Positions 1 through 11,270 are shown, counted from the stretch's first letter. The stretch: DNA of 32,433 nucleotides from Octopus bimaculoides (GCF_001194135.2 NC_069005.1:22708666-22741098), one strand, 5' to 3'. Numbers and translations: made by a program. The notes: generated by a model not told the origin, from the letters alone.

Positions 1-43
<43 letters not shown>
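1..43. repeat. (CA)n microsatellite
   Basis: Direct observation. Confidence 0.99.
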
Positions 44-46
<3 letters not shown>

Positions 47-592
47 TATATACAAATATCATCAGTCATTGACTGAGGACTGAGATATGTGACACTTTGT
101 TGTATTTGAAACGACCTGATCACCACAACAGAATTGAAATCCTAAAACCAAAGGGCCATGTAAAAAAGTATTGGTGTGGATTTTGTCGTCATGTAAAAAA
201 AAAACACAGGTGCTGGTGTCATGTAAAATGCACCCCAATACACTTTGTGAAATGGTTGGCGTTAGGAAGGGAACCAGCTGTAGGAACCATACCGAAACAG
301 ACTATGGAACCTGGTGAGGCTCCTGGCCTGCCACTTACTGTCGAGCCATCCACCTCAGTATGGAAAATTGGACATTGAATAATGATGATGATAATGATGG
401 TGATGGTATCTGTAGGTGGTGTAGAACTGGCAATTACATAACATATAAGACATATGGGGAATATTAAATGAGACCAAACTAGATCAAAATGTGGGATTGT
501 TTGGTTGTTAGACCTATCCATATGTTTTCCCTCTGGGTTTATAACCTTGAAATTATTTTGAAATAAGGTTACAAAAATATATTCTTGTACAG

Positions 593-656
593 AGTTAATG
601 AATCCATTTGCTCTGTATGGTATTTTATGTGTTATGTCGCTGTCCCTGACATATGA
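593..656 (+). CDS. Possible internal exon of an unidentified convergent gene (x-LMNPFALYGILCVMSLSLTY-E), hydrophobic helix
   Basis: Acceptor attcttgtacag, donor GA|gtaatt, open frame; no homology recognised. Confidence 0.3.
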
Positions 657-1019
657 GTAATTTGTGCTCTGTGTATGTATCTGTGTCATTTGTCATCATC
701 ATCGTCATCATCATCATCACTTTTTTAATGGCCACATTGCCATGCTCTTGTAGTTTGGATGGAATTTGTTGAGGCAGATTTCCTACTGCCAGATGCCCTT
801 CCTGTTGCCAACCCTCACCTGTTTCAGTGTAAGTTAATATCTCCTTGTGACCAGACATGCTTTTCATGGAAGATTGGAAATGAGGGGCACAGCTTGCATG
901 ATGCTGAACATTTGTTTACAGCTATCAAGCGAGGTCAAGGTAAGGAAACAGTAACATGCACACCCCACTTCACCCTATCCCCACCGACATACATATCCGT
1001 CCGTCTATCTGTATGTCCC

Positions 1020-1031
1020 TCCGTCTGTCTG

Positions 1032-1062
<31 letters not shown>

Positions 1063-1135
1063 CTATATATCTATCCATCCAGCCAGCCAGCCATCCAGCC
1101 AGCCAGCCATCCATCCATCCATCCACATACATACA
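1020..1135. repeat. Compound microsatellite (CT)n-(CTAT)n-(CCAG)n-(CCAT)n
   Basis: Direct observation. Confidence 0.95.
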
Positions 1136-1189
1136 GGAATTCAAACATAAAGGAGATGCAGGTAAAAGTAAAGACCCTCTCCTATCATG

Positions 1190-1500
1190 AATGATCATGG
1201 GATTGTACCTAGAGAATTAATCTCTGAGGCACAAGTCTGGGCAAGGTTGTTTATGGAGAGTCAGCAGTCATTCATGCATACCAGCCTCCCCTCTCCACAC
1301 CACCGATGTTATCCAAGAGGAGGCAAAGGCCGATACAGGTTGGCACCAGTGATGTCGTAACTCATTTCTACAGCTGGGTGAACTGAAGCAACTGAAATAA
1401 AGTGTCTTGCTCAAGAACACAACGCACAATCCAGTCTGTGAATCAAACTTGCTACCTCATGATTGTGAGCCTGGTACTGTAACCACTGAGCCATGCTCCT
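1190..1500 (-). mobile_element. SINE family D copy (second copy 30470-30700)
   Basis: Shared ctctgaggc(a/t)caagtctgggcaaggttgtttatgg...ataccagcctcc...ggcaccagtga block with tRNA-like head on the right. Confidence 0.7.
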
Positions 1501-2051
1501 TCACATAGAGGAGATGCAGGTTGTATACTTTTATTGATGTATATTAATAGATATGTACAATGAGTGCTTAGATCAGTTTACCACTAAAACTTCTGCTTGA
1601 AGTGCAAATGGAAATGAAGTGTTGCAATTACCTGTCCAAGGTGGCCAGAAGCAGTACCTGATTCAGTGGGTATAAAGAAAAATGACTGAAGCAAGTAAAA
1701 GATAAAAGATATACAATATATATATATATGCGCATGTGTGTGTATGTCTTTGTATCTGTGTTTGCCCCCAATCACAGCTTGACAACCAGTGTTGGTGTGT
1801 TTACATCCCTATAACTTAGCAGTTTGGCAAAAGGCAGTGTTCCAGCATGGCTACAGTCTAATGACAGAAATAGGTGGAAAAAAAAAAAATTAATTTTTCA
1901 TCATCTCTGCCAGTTCTAGTGTACATGTATTTTCAATAATGACAGTAAATATATTTGCATTAATTTAAATATATTGAAACTGGTAATAAAGTATAGTTAT
2001 AATGCAAAAAAACTACCTTTGATCTGTAATACAGAGTTTTATCTGTAACAG

Positions 2052-2094
2052 ACTTGTGTTTCCCAAGATAAGACATGGTGATATTTTCTGGTAG
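2052..2094 (+). CDS. Possible terminal exon of the same convergent gene (E-LVFPKIRHGDIFW*)
   Basis: Acceptor ttatctgtaacag; phase-compatible with 593-656; followed by unique CpG-retaining sequence. Confidence 0.25.
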
Positions 2095-2769
2095 GGGACT
2101 GAGTTACTTCAGAATGAGTCGCGAGTAACAAGTAAATACGACTAGAAATAAGTATTCTGCTATCAGTTTCAATCAGAGGCCATTTACTTTGTCTGTTAAT
2201 GACGAGTACACTTTTTTTCTTTAGGGAACTTGAAGCGAAGCGTTGGACAAAAACGATGGAAAACCCCTCTAATATATTTGCATTGAACAATCTTGAAAAT
2301 TACTTTGGAAGAATTAATGGAAAAAGATTAAGGAAAAAAAAAAAGTTATTAAGGGAGATAACTCCAAGAAAATTGGAGTTATCTCCTTTCGCAAAAAGAC
2401 TTACTTAGTACACAATATTTATTATCGAAGTGATATGAATAATTTCGTTAATCATTTACATGATATGTGAATGTGTTTTTGAGCATATATACACTGCATG
2501 GTACTATGGGTGTTTTCTACTATAAGTCTCGGTTCAACTTAAGACTTGTAAGGGAAAATGGAACGAGAGAAACTATAAAATCTCGTTTCATGGACTACAG
2601 GTCTAATTCAAAACGTTTAAGGATTAGGCTAAGAGTACAATGCAATTGTCTGTGTAATATTCAGCTACTTAGCTCAAACATTTACGTAGGTTATCGGTGT
2701 GTGTGTGTGTTAATACATAAATGCTGTAAACTTAAATCAAGAAAGCACTCAATGCTTTTTCTAACCCCA

Positions 2770-3155
2770 CACTGCTGAGGAGAGCGCGGATCAGATGGCT
2801 AGGCACACGACTACCCAAAAGACTGCTTTACAGTGAATTGACAGGAGGCGAGTGCAGGAGAAGCACTTCAAGGATACACCCAAAGCCTTATTGAAGTGCT
2901 TTCAAATCAACCCTGGCACCTGGGAAACACAAGCACAGAACTTCCCTGCCTGATGTAGAAAACGTGGGCTGTGCTGGTCCAGAACCAACTCCTTGTCTTC
3001 ATTCCCAGCAGCCCACCAGTGCCCTATCTGCAGCAGAACCTTCTGAGCATGCATTGGTCTGATCAGACCCAATGGGATGCACTATGACCCACGTTCTCCT
3101 ATGGGATGTGCTAGTCATCGTTGACAATGACGGACAAACACTATCTATCTATCTT
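2770..3155 (+). mobile_element. 5'-truncated, decayed RTE-clade LINE 3' end
   Basis: Frameshifted translation IRWLGTRLPKRLLYSELTGG / KHFKDTPKALLKCFQINPGTWETQAQ / HQCPICSRTF*ACIGLI; ends gtcatcgttgacaatgacggac followed by (ctat)n. Confidence 0.85.
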
Positions 3156-3349
3156 TAGAGAAAGATAGTTATGGCCAGTTCATAGGATTACCCAGAGTTT
3201 AGCTTTACATATGTCGTGTCAGAACCTTAGTAGCTACAAATTGTGTATAGTCTTTGATGTCTTGATCTATTAAAATATGTTTCAAATACCCTACTGCTCT
3301 ATAACTTAGAGTGTGCTTCTCTTTCAGATTTGATTTACTAATGATCGAC

Positions 3350-3680
3350 ATATATATAACTGGCACTCCGTTGCTTATGATGATGAGGGTTCCAATTAAT
3401 CTAATCAATGGAACAGCCTACTCATGAAATTAACGTGCAAGTGGTTGAGTACTCCACAGACATGTGTACCCTTAGTGTGGTTCTCAGGGAGATTCAACAT
3501 GACACAGAATGTGACAAGGCTGGCCCTTTGAATTACAGGTACCACTCATTTTTGCCAGCTGAGTGAACTGAAGCAATGTGAAATGAAGGGTCTTGCTCAA
3601 GGATACAACATGCCACTGGGAATTGAACTCACGACCTTACAATCTTGTACCGAATACCCTAACCACTAAGCCATACATCT
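3350..3680 (-). mobile_element. SINE family C copy
   Basis: Reverse-complement similarity to 13345-13650. Confidence 0.8.
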
Positions 3681-4853
3681 TTAGAGAAATAAACTAACTT
3701 TCAACTTCAGAATATGAATGAAATATTACACTTTCATTGAACTCTTAATTTCCTTCATCATGTGATGAAGAGGTGTAATAAACAGTCTTAAAATTTAAAT
3801 TTAAATCCTGAAAACTTTAATAGAAACAGTCTCATGCAGGTTGGTGTTGAAAAGATTAACATGAAATGAAATGCTGAAGTTGCCGCCAAAAATAGAAATA
3901 ATTTGTTTTTAACAGTAGAACTCGAAACAGAATAAAGCTATGAGTTGAAGTATATAAATTGGGTTGAAAAATTCTTGGGCTGGAAAAAGCTTTCAATCTT
4001 TTCTGTCCAAAGGTTTTCCAATCCAGAGTTTACCTGTAGCTGTTCATAGCGTTACCTACTTTGAGTTCCACTGTTTAAGACAGTATACATAATACACACA
4101 CACACACATATACATACAAAGAGATAGATAGAGAGAGAGAGAGAGTTATCCCCTTTGGCAAGAAGACCTACTTACTCTGGTGATATATACGAAAAGGCGG
4201 AGAGAGAGAGAGAGAAAGATTTTTGATGTGATGAGGAGCAGACAGAGTACAATACATACTGACTGTATTGAGATTTGTATAGATGGACTGTATAGTGAAT
4301 TGTTCACATGTTCAGCTTAACATGTCCATGATGTTTGTGTATACCCAAGTCTCTGTAAGAACATGGGCAAATTTTCTTGGGATTCCTTCTGCATGAAAAA
4401 CATATAATTGAGTGTGTATGTAGATGGTAATATACTTAATAGTGTGACCCCTCCCCCAAAAGAAACCAGATCAAAGCCTTGTGAGTGGATTTGGTAGACA
4501 GGAACTAAATGTGTATGTGTGTGTGTGTGTAGCCTTTTTTTTGACGTCATGTGAAGGTTGTAAACAAGTATGTTGCTCACTTTAAGTTTTCCTTGAAAAA
4601 TATGACTGGTCAATAGAGAAATATTACTTTTCTTGGAAACAGGTGAGGTTTGGCAACAGGAAGATAGTCCAACTGTATAAAATTTGCTTCAACAAATTCT
4701 GTCTGACCCACGCAGGCATAGAAAAGTGGATGTTAGATGATGATGAAAATGATGATAAATTAGGAACATAAGACAGAGGAGAAGAGAATCCATAATGAAA
4801 ATGAATTGATGAAAGAAATTGATTAACAAGAAAGAGAGAATAGTTAATTAATT

Positions 4854-4867
4854 TTTATTTATTTATT
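4854..4867 (-). promoter_or_regulatory. Candidate polyadenylation signals (overlapping AATAAA) for harmonin
   Basis: tttatt hexamers on + strand about 170-180 nt past the stop; AT-rich context makes chance hits likely. Confidence 0.35.
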
Positions 4868-5036
4868 AAATGATGATGACAAATAATAATAATAATAATA
4901 TAATAGTAGTGGTAGTAGTAGTAATAATAATAAGAAGAACAACAACTGGGCTTGATTTTATAGATTACAAAGTTAACATCACAAATGGTAAATAGTGGTC
5001 CTTTAGAATTTCATTCCAGGAATGTTGTTTGTTCCC

Positions 5037-5049
5037 TTAGAAGTATGTT
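5037..5049 (-). CDS. USH1C: Harmonin terminal coding exon (V-TYF*), PDZ-binding motif
   Basis: Strong tract ttcttttcttttcttttctttgaacag then A ACA TAC TTC TAA; equivalent to human TFF*. Confidence 0.92.
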
Positions 5050-5647
5050 CTGTTCAAAGAAAAGAAAAGAAAAGAAATACAATTCTAATTATGAATTAAC
5101 TGTTATTATGCATATGTAAAAGGTTGATAGTTGCAATAGAGACATTAGTCTCTCTCTATCACTTTTCAACATAATTATATATGAAGAAACAGTAGAACAA
5201 TAACAACATAATAAAAAATAAGTTTTATTTTTTGATGATGCTTGGTTTTACAAATCCTGTGTCATTCAGCTTCGCAGCCGCTGATTAATTTGTAATCGGT
5301 ATTGGAAGGTTAAGAGCTTCCTTGATGCATGCCAGAGGAGCAAGGTGTTCTCACGTCGAAGGTATCGTGCTCAAGAGGCTTAGAAAGTGAAACAAACTCT
5401 TTAAGTACTAGTTTTACTATGCATGCGCACTCGAGGGGCTTCCAGGAAAGCAAGTCCCTTGCGCATGAGCAGATAGTACTTCCTCAATGGCGGCTATAAT
5501 TTTGCGCCACTACACATATAAAAGATGTTTTAATGTTTATTTGGAGATGAAGAAAAGCAACAGGCCAAATGATGGGGCCTGAATTCCTGTAACAATTGAC
5601 TGTTGGGTGGGTGAACGACAGGTCATTCTACAGTATTCTTTTATTTT

Positions 5648-6014
5648 TTTATTCTTTTACTTGTTTCAGTCATTTGAGCACCACCTTAAAGGGTAATTGT
5701 CAAAGAAATCGACCCTACGACTTATTCTTTGTAAGCAAAGTCCTTTTTTTATTGGTCCCTTTGGCTGAACTGCTAAGTTATAGTGACTTAAACGCACCAA
5801 CATCAGAGCGATGGTGTATGTGGGGGGAGAACAAACATAGACACCCCCCACACACACAACAGGCTTCTATCAGTTTCCGTATGCCAAATCCACTCACAAG
5901 GGTTTGGTCAACCTGAGGCTAAAGTAGAAAACACTTACTTGTCCAAGGTGCCACTTAGTGGGACTGAACCTGAAACCATGTGGTTGGGAAGCAAGCTTCT
6001 TACCACACAGCCAC
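5648..6014 (-). mobile_element. SINE family A copy
   Basis: Colinear similarity to 10071-10477. Confidence 0.8.
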
Positions 6015-6104
6015 ATTCTGAAATTAGGGGCTTTCATTTATACAGAATAATTGAACAGTCACTTAGCCCTAGCAGGATAAATTATTTCGTTAATGTGTAA
6101 TATT

Positions 6105-6490
6105 AGTTTCAAATTTTGGCACAAGGCCAGCAAGTCTGGGGGAGGAGATAAGTCAATTACATTGACCCCCAGCGTTCAACTGGTACTTATTTTATAGATC
6201 CGAAAGGGATGCAAAGCAAAGGTGACCTCAGCAGAATTTGAACTCAAAGTGTAAAGACAGATGAAACTAATGTGTAATATTAAGAGCTATAAAGGTGGTA
6301 AAACTGGCAGAATTGTTAGCAGGCTGGGAAAAATGCTTAGCAGCATTTTGTCAGTCTTTATGTTCTGAGTTCAAATTCCTCTGACAGCAATTTTGCCTTT
6401 TATTCTTTCGGGGTTGGTAAAATGAGTACCAGTTGAACACTGGAGTTGATGAAATTGACTTACCCTTCTCTTAAAATTGCTGCAGAATTT
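6105..6490. mobile_element. Two oppositely oriented SINE family B copies (6105-6260 minus, 6293-6490 plus)
   Basis: Shared central domain ...tttgccttttattctttcggggttggtaaaatgagtaccagttg and its reverse complement. Confidence 0.75.
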
Positions 6491-6539
6491 GAACAACTGT
6501 GCCAGTGGCATGTAAAACGCATCCGTTACACTCTTAGAA

Positions 6540-6690
6540 TGATTGGCATTAGGAAGGACAACCAGCTGAAGAAATCATGCCAAATCAGACTGGAATTTGG
6601 TGCAGCTCTCCAGTTTACCGGTTTCAGTCAAACTGTCTAACCCATGCCAGCATGGAAAGCAGACACTAAATGATGACGATGAATGTAAAG
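6540..6690 (+). mobile_element. LINE-type 3' tail repeat ending in (GAT)n; other copies near 253-400, 700-870, 17775-17920, 31130-31310
   Basis: Recurrent tggc(g/a)ttaggaaggg...ccagctg...aacccatgccagcatgga...atgatgatga; clade assignment (RTE-like) is inference. Confidence 0.6.
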
Positions 6691-6909
6691 ACAGATGAGG
6701 TGCTGCGAAGCATGCTTATGATTCTGCTAGCTTGCTGTCTAGAAAGCTCCATATATTAAAGAAGTTAACACTGACTTACCCATCCAGTTATTTGTCAATT
6801 AACAAGTCTAATAATTAAGAAGGAAATGTTGGACTGATTAATCAGTGATAGAATAATTAGTGTGTATTCTAATACAAGTAAGTTGATTAATGAAGAAAGA
6901 GTTACTTAC

Positions 6910-6965
6910 ACTTCTTCGTCATAACTCTTTGGTGGGGCAACTGCTATAATGAATACTATAGTTTG
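6910..6965 (-). CDS. USH1C: Harmonin exon, PDZ3 end (QTIVFIIAVAPPKSYDEE-V), 56 nt
   Basis: Acceptor tatctatccacag, donor gtaagt; homologous to human DWIDLVVAVCPPKEYDDEL. Confidence 0.95.
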
Positions 6966-7543
6966 CTGTGGATAGATAAACAAATGATTATGTTAATACA
7001 TGATGAATTAATTATGCTAATGCATGTTGACTTAGTTGAAACAAGCGATTATGTTAATATATGTTGAATGAATGATATAGATAAAACAAATCACAAAGTG
7101 TAATTACTCAGAGATGCCAGTGGCATGAAAATCAACAGTTAAGTACAGGAGAAAATATTTCATGCGGTCAGCATCAAAAATGTAACCAGAAACAGTTATG
7201 TGATGTCATCATCAGCAGCATTTAACGTCAATATTTCATGCTGGCATGGGTTGGATTGTTTTACAGGAACCGGCAAGGCCAGGAGCTTCATCATGCTCCA
7301 TAGTCTAAATAAGTCTAAGAGACACCGATATGAGCTATATTTTACTATCCTCAGTATATGACTGGTATTTTATCTTATCAAACCCTTGAAAGATGGAAAG
7401 CAAACTTGATCTCTTGATCTCAGTTGAGATTTAAAGTGAGAACATAAAAAGCCATCACTAAATACCAAAAACTTATTTTGCCCAATTCTCTAATGATTCT
7501 ACCAATAATTATTTGAGGATGTTTCAGGTTTTCTATCACTTAC

Positions 7544-7653
7544 ATTCAGTTTTCTTTCACCTCTGTCCAGAATATTCTCAGCTTGTATCAAAGTCAAACC
7601 CGTGAATTTGACATTATCTGCCATCAGGATTTCGTCTCCAACATGAATTCCTC
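7544..7653 (-). CDS. USH1C: Harmonin PDZ3 exon (G-GIHVGDEILMADNVKFTGLTLIQAENILDRGERKLN), 110 nt
   Basis: Acceptor ttacttttgcag, donor gtaagt; GDEI motif. Confidence 0.95.
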
Positions 7654-7664
7654 CTGCAAAAGTA

Positions 7665-7720
<56 letters not shown>

Positions 7721-8417
7721 CTCAAGACCAAAGCCTCCCCACCAGAAATGACCTAAAACATATAATGAAAAGAAACATAACAAGTAACTGTAGAATATGT
7801 AGCAATGGACAAGAAACAATAAACCATATTATCTCTGGCTGCCCAGTCCTGGCTAAGAAGGAATATATTCACAGACACTACAGAGCTGGGACCTATATAC
7901 ACTGGAAGCTATGCCAACACTATGGAATAACAACAGAAAAAAGATGGTATAAACACACGCCAGAAAAGGTCACAGAAAATGAGAAAGCAACCATACTCTG
8001 GGATATGCCAATACACACAGATAGAGAAATTAAGGCCAATAGGCCAGATATAGTTGTCAGAGATCATGAAGAAAAAAATGCTTTCTAATTGATGTATCAA
8101 TACCAGCAGATGACAACGTTTCTCTAAAAGAAGTGGAGAAACTTTCAAAATACAAAGNNNNNNNNNNNNNNNNNNNNNNNNNNNNNNNNNNNNNNNNNNN
8201 NNNNNNNNNNNNNNNNNNNNNNNNATAACAAAAACACCAGGACTTACAAATATATGTAACATACAGAAAATTGCACTACTGGGTACTGCACACATCCTAC
8301 GCAAAACACTTTCAATACAGTAACCATAAGAGCATCACAGCAAACCACAGCACATACCCAAGGCACACAGAGCTGTGCTTGGTAGTGAAGTGAAAGCACA
8401 TTATAAAAATAAAACTA

Positions 8418-8420
<3 letters not shown>
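7721..8420 (+). mobile_element. 5'-truncated R4/Dong-clade non-LTR retrotransposon (CCHC finger plus restriction-like endonuclease)
   Basis: CRICSNGQETINHIISGCPVLAKKEYIHRH...RPDIVVRD...IDVSIPADDNVSLKEVEKLSKYK; flanked by (TAA)n on both sides; small N gap inside. Confidence 0.9.
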
Positions 8421-8477
<57 letters not shown>

Positions 8478-8478
<1 letters not shown>

Positions 8479-8830
8479 TTTTCAAATTTTGACACAAGGC
8501 CAGCAGTTTTGGGGGAAGAGCCAAATCAATTAAACTGATATCTCCTGTCCAGGTGGCGTATATATACACCACGAAAACCAGGAAACTGGCCCTTATGAGT
8601 CGGTTTGGCTCAAGAATGAAACTTTTAAGAGGGGTGCAGTTTCTATACTCACACCCAGGAGCAGTTAAATTGATTACATCAACCCCCACTGCTTAGTTTA
8701 TTGACCCTGCAAAGATGAAAGGTAAAGTTCACCTTGGCAGAATTTGAACTCAGAATGCAAGGATAGGCGAAATACCATTAAGCAGTTTGTCCAGTGTACT
8801 AATGATTCTGACAGCTCACTGCCATAAAAT
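8478..8830 (-). mobile_element. SINE family B copy with internal insertion
   Basis: Tail ttttcaaattttgacacaaggccagc and head ...gaatttgaactcagaatg...ctgacagctcactgcc. Confidence 0.65.
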
Positions 8831-10070
8831 TATTTTGATTTTAGAAAATATGGAAATTTGTCTTTTTCCTTCCCCACCCATTTTCATGAGAAATTCTGTT
8901 TTAGCTCCAAATCAGTCCTGATTGAGTAAATCTACATCAAATATTTTAAAGATCTGGGCCACGAATATCTAGTGTTTTGAATATTAATGCATCTGCCTTC
9001 TTTATAAGGTGGTAGGGGGGATTAGAGGGAAATGTGGCTGTTATTTTTAGCAGGCTGAACAGCCATGAGTATCACTAAATGTTGCAAACAAATTTTGATG
9101 TGTCATCTTCTAGTGGACAGTTAATGTAAGGGAGATAATCATTTCTTCATAATTGGATTAGAAATTTGAATTTGAAATTAAGATGTAAGGAAAAAGATGC
9201 ATAGAATTTACATATTTGATTGTTTAAAAATTTCTCATCTGTAGCAATGTCAGTAAAGTTATCTCCCCTGACAAATGTAACCATAAAATCTGCGTAGTCA
9301 ATCGAACTGCTAAAAATAGAAGCCAAATTTCCTTCAAATAACATCTTGTAAAGAAGAAAACATAGATGAATACATTAGATAATAGATACACTGTCAGACA
9401 AAATAAAAATAAGATGTCATGATCACGGCTGGAATGCATTTGATCACAGGTTTGCTCAGGGCTAAACAATCTTATTAACTGTGTGTCCATTTTTTAAAGA
9501 TAGTATGGTGTTATTCAAGGGAGATTTGGCTGTTATTCAAGGGAGATTTGGCTGTTATTTTTAGCAGACTGTATGATCATACAGGAGTTGTTCTTGCTCA
9601 ATGTAGTAGCAGTAGCAGTAGTAGTGGTTGTTGTTGTTTAGCTCCAGCTTTGCCCTGATCAAGCAGACTTATGATCATAGCCGTTACAACCATGACTATC
9701 TTGGCTTTTTCCCTATATGTTGGGAACCCAAACCAATTGCTTTCCTTTATGAAGATAAATATTGGAGCTGCTATCAATTTTAAACAAAGATACTCTGCAC
9801 ATTTAAACTCTTTATGAAAACAGTATGTTATGATTTGAGGGAGATTTGGCTGCTATTTCCACCATGTCAGTTGATCATATTGAGCAGTGGTTCTCAACTA
9901 TCTTTTATCTATGGGCCCCTTTGATTACTGTTTTACTCTGGTGGACCGCCCATAGCCATTTGATCTTTAAAAACTAGTTTTATAGACACTTTCAAAATTC
10001 CTATTTTGTTTTTCACACTCTTATTCTCACCTCCTTGTTCTACATCAGTGGTTTTCAACTATTTTTTACA

Positions 10071-10477
10071 TACTCTCTCTTTACTCTTTTACTTGTTTCA
10101 GTGATTTGACTGTGGCCATGCTGGAGCACCGCCTTTAGTCAAGCAAATCGACCCCAGGACTTATTATTTGGAAGCCTAATACCTATTCTATTGGTCTCTT
10201 TTGCCGAACCGCTAAGTTACGGGGACGTAAACACACCAGCATCGGTTATCAAGCGATGTTGGGGGGACAAACACAGAGACACAAACATATACACACACAC
10301 ATACATACATATATACATATATACGACGGGCTTCTTTCAGTTTCCGTCTACCAAATCCACTCACAAGGCTTTGGTTGGCCCGAGGCTATAGTAGAAGACA
10401 CTTGCCCAAGGTGCCATGCAGTAGGACTGAACCCGGAACCATGTGGTTGGTAAGCAAGCTACTTACCACACAGCCAC
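10071..10477 (-). mobile_element. tRNA-derived SINE (family A, internal microsatellite), near-intact copy
   Basis: Head gtggctgtgtggtaagtagcttgc...ggttcagtcc, internal (CA/TA)n, tail (aagagt)-like; similar copies listed separately. Confidence 0.88.
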
Positions 10478-10716
10478 TGGACCACTTTAATTATTATTTT
10501 ATTCTGGTGGACCCCCATAGCCATTCAATATTTAAAAACTAGTTTTATTGAAATGTCTTTCAAAGTTTCTATTTTATTTTTCACATGTTCTCTTATGTAG
10601 GTTTCCAAATAGCAATCTCTGAGGGAAACATGTTTTAGTGACTGGAAACATGTTGAATTGTGCAATGCATTAAAAAAAGGAACCTTGTTGTTTTTTTGCA
10701 ACCTTTCTCTTCTTTC

Positions 10717-11107
10717 ATCTTTTACTTGTTTCAGTCATTAGACTGTGGCCATGCTGGGGCACTGCCTTTAAGAACTTTTAGTTGAATGAATCAACCCCAG
10801 TACTTATTTTTTTTAAGCCTGGTACTTATTTTATCTGTCTCTTTTGCTGAACTGCTATGTTATAGGGATGTAAACACACCAGTACCGGTTGTCAAGTGGT
10901 GGTGGAGACAAACACAGACACAAAGACACATGCACATACATATATATATATACACAATGGGCTTCTTTCAGTTTCCATATTTCAAATCCACATACAGAGC
11001 TTTGGCTGGCCTGAGGCTATAATAGAAGACACTTGCCCAAGGTGCCATGAAGTGGGACTGAACCCAAAAGTATGTGGCTGAAAGCAAGCTTCTTACCACA
11101 CAGCCAT
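10717..11107 (-). mobile_element. SINE family A copy
   Basis: Colinear similarity to 10071-10477. Confidence 0.82.
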
Positions 11108-11270
11108 GCCTGTACCACTAAATACATCTAAAGCAAAATTTGTTTCATTAGCCCATAAAATACCACCACACACCCCAAAAATCTTGTATTGACCCCAGTT
11201 GAGAATCATTAAGACTGTGGTGCCCTTGTTGATTTGTACTATGTGTAGCACTAAATAATTATGTCGTTAC

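Larger units (their letters stand above)
9885..11211 (+). mobile_element. hAT-like non-autonomous element with duplicated 5' end (9885 and 10046) carrying two nested SINEs
   Basis: cagtggttctcaac / cagtggttttcaac starts; about 130-bp internal segment repeated at 9930-10020 and 10480-10590; degenerate right end gaccccagttgagaatcatt. Confidence 0.55.

Noticed and set aside
219-689. 156-aa minus-strand ORF
   Set aside because: Runs through a microsatellite and a repeat tail; no recognisable domain.
4033-4176. Minus-strand A|TG start formed across a 105-nt intron (MELKVGNAMNSY)
   Set aside because: The donor is part of the dispersed 32-nt motif and no downstream coding exons were found.
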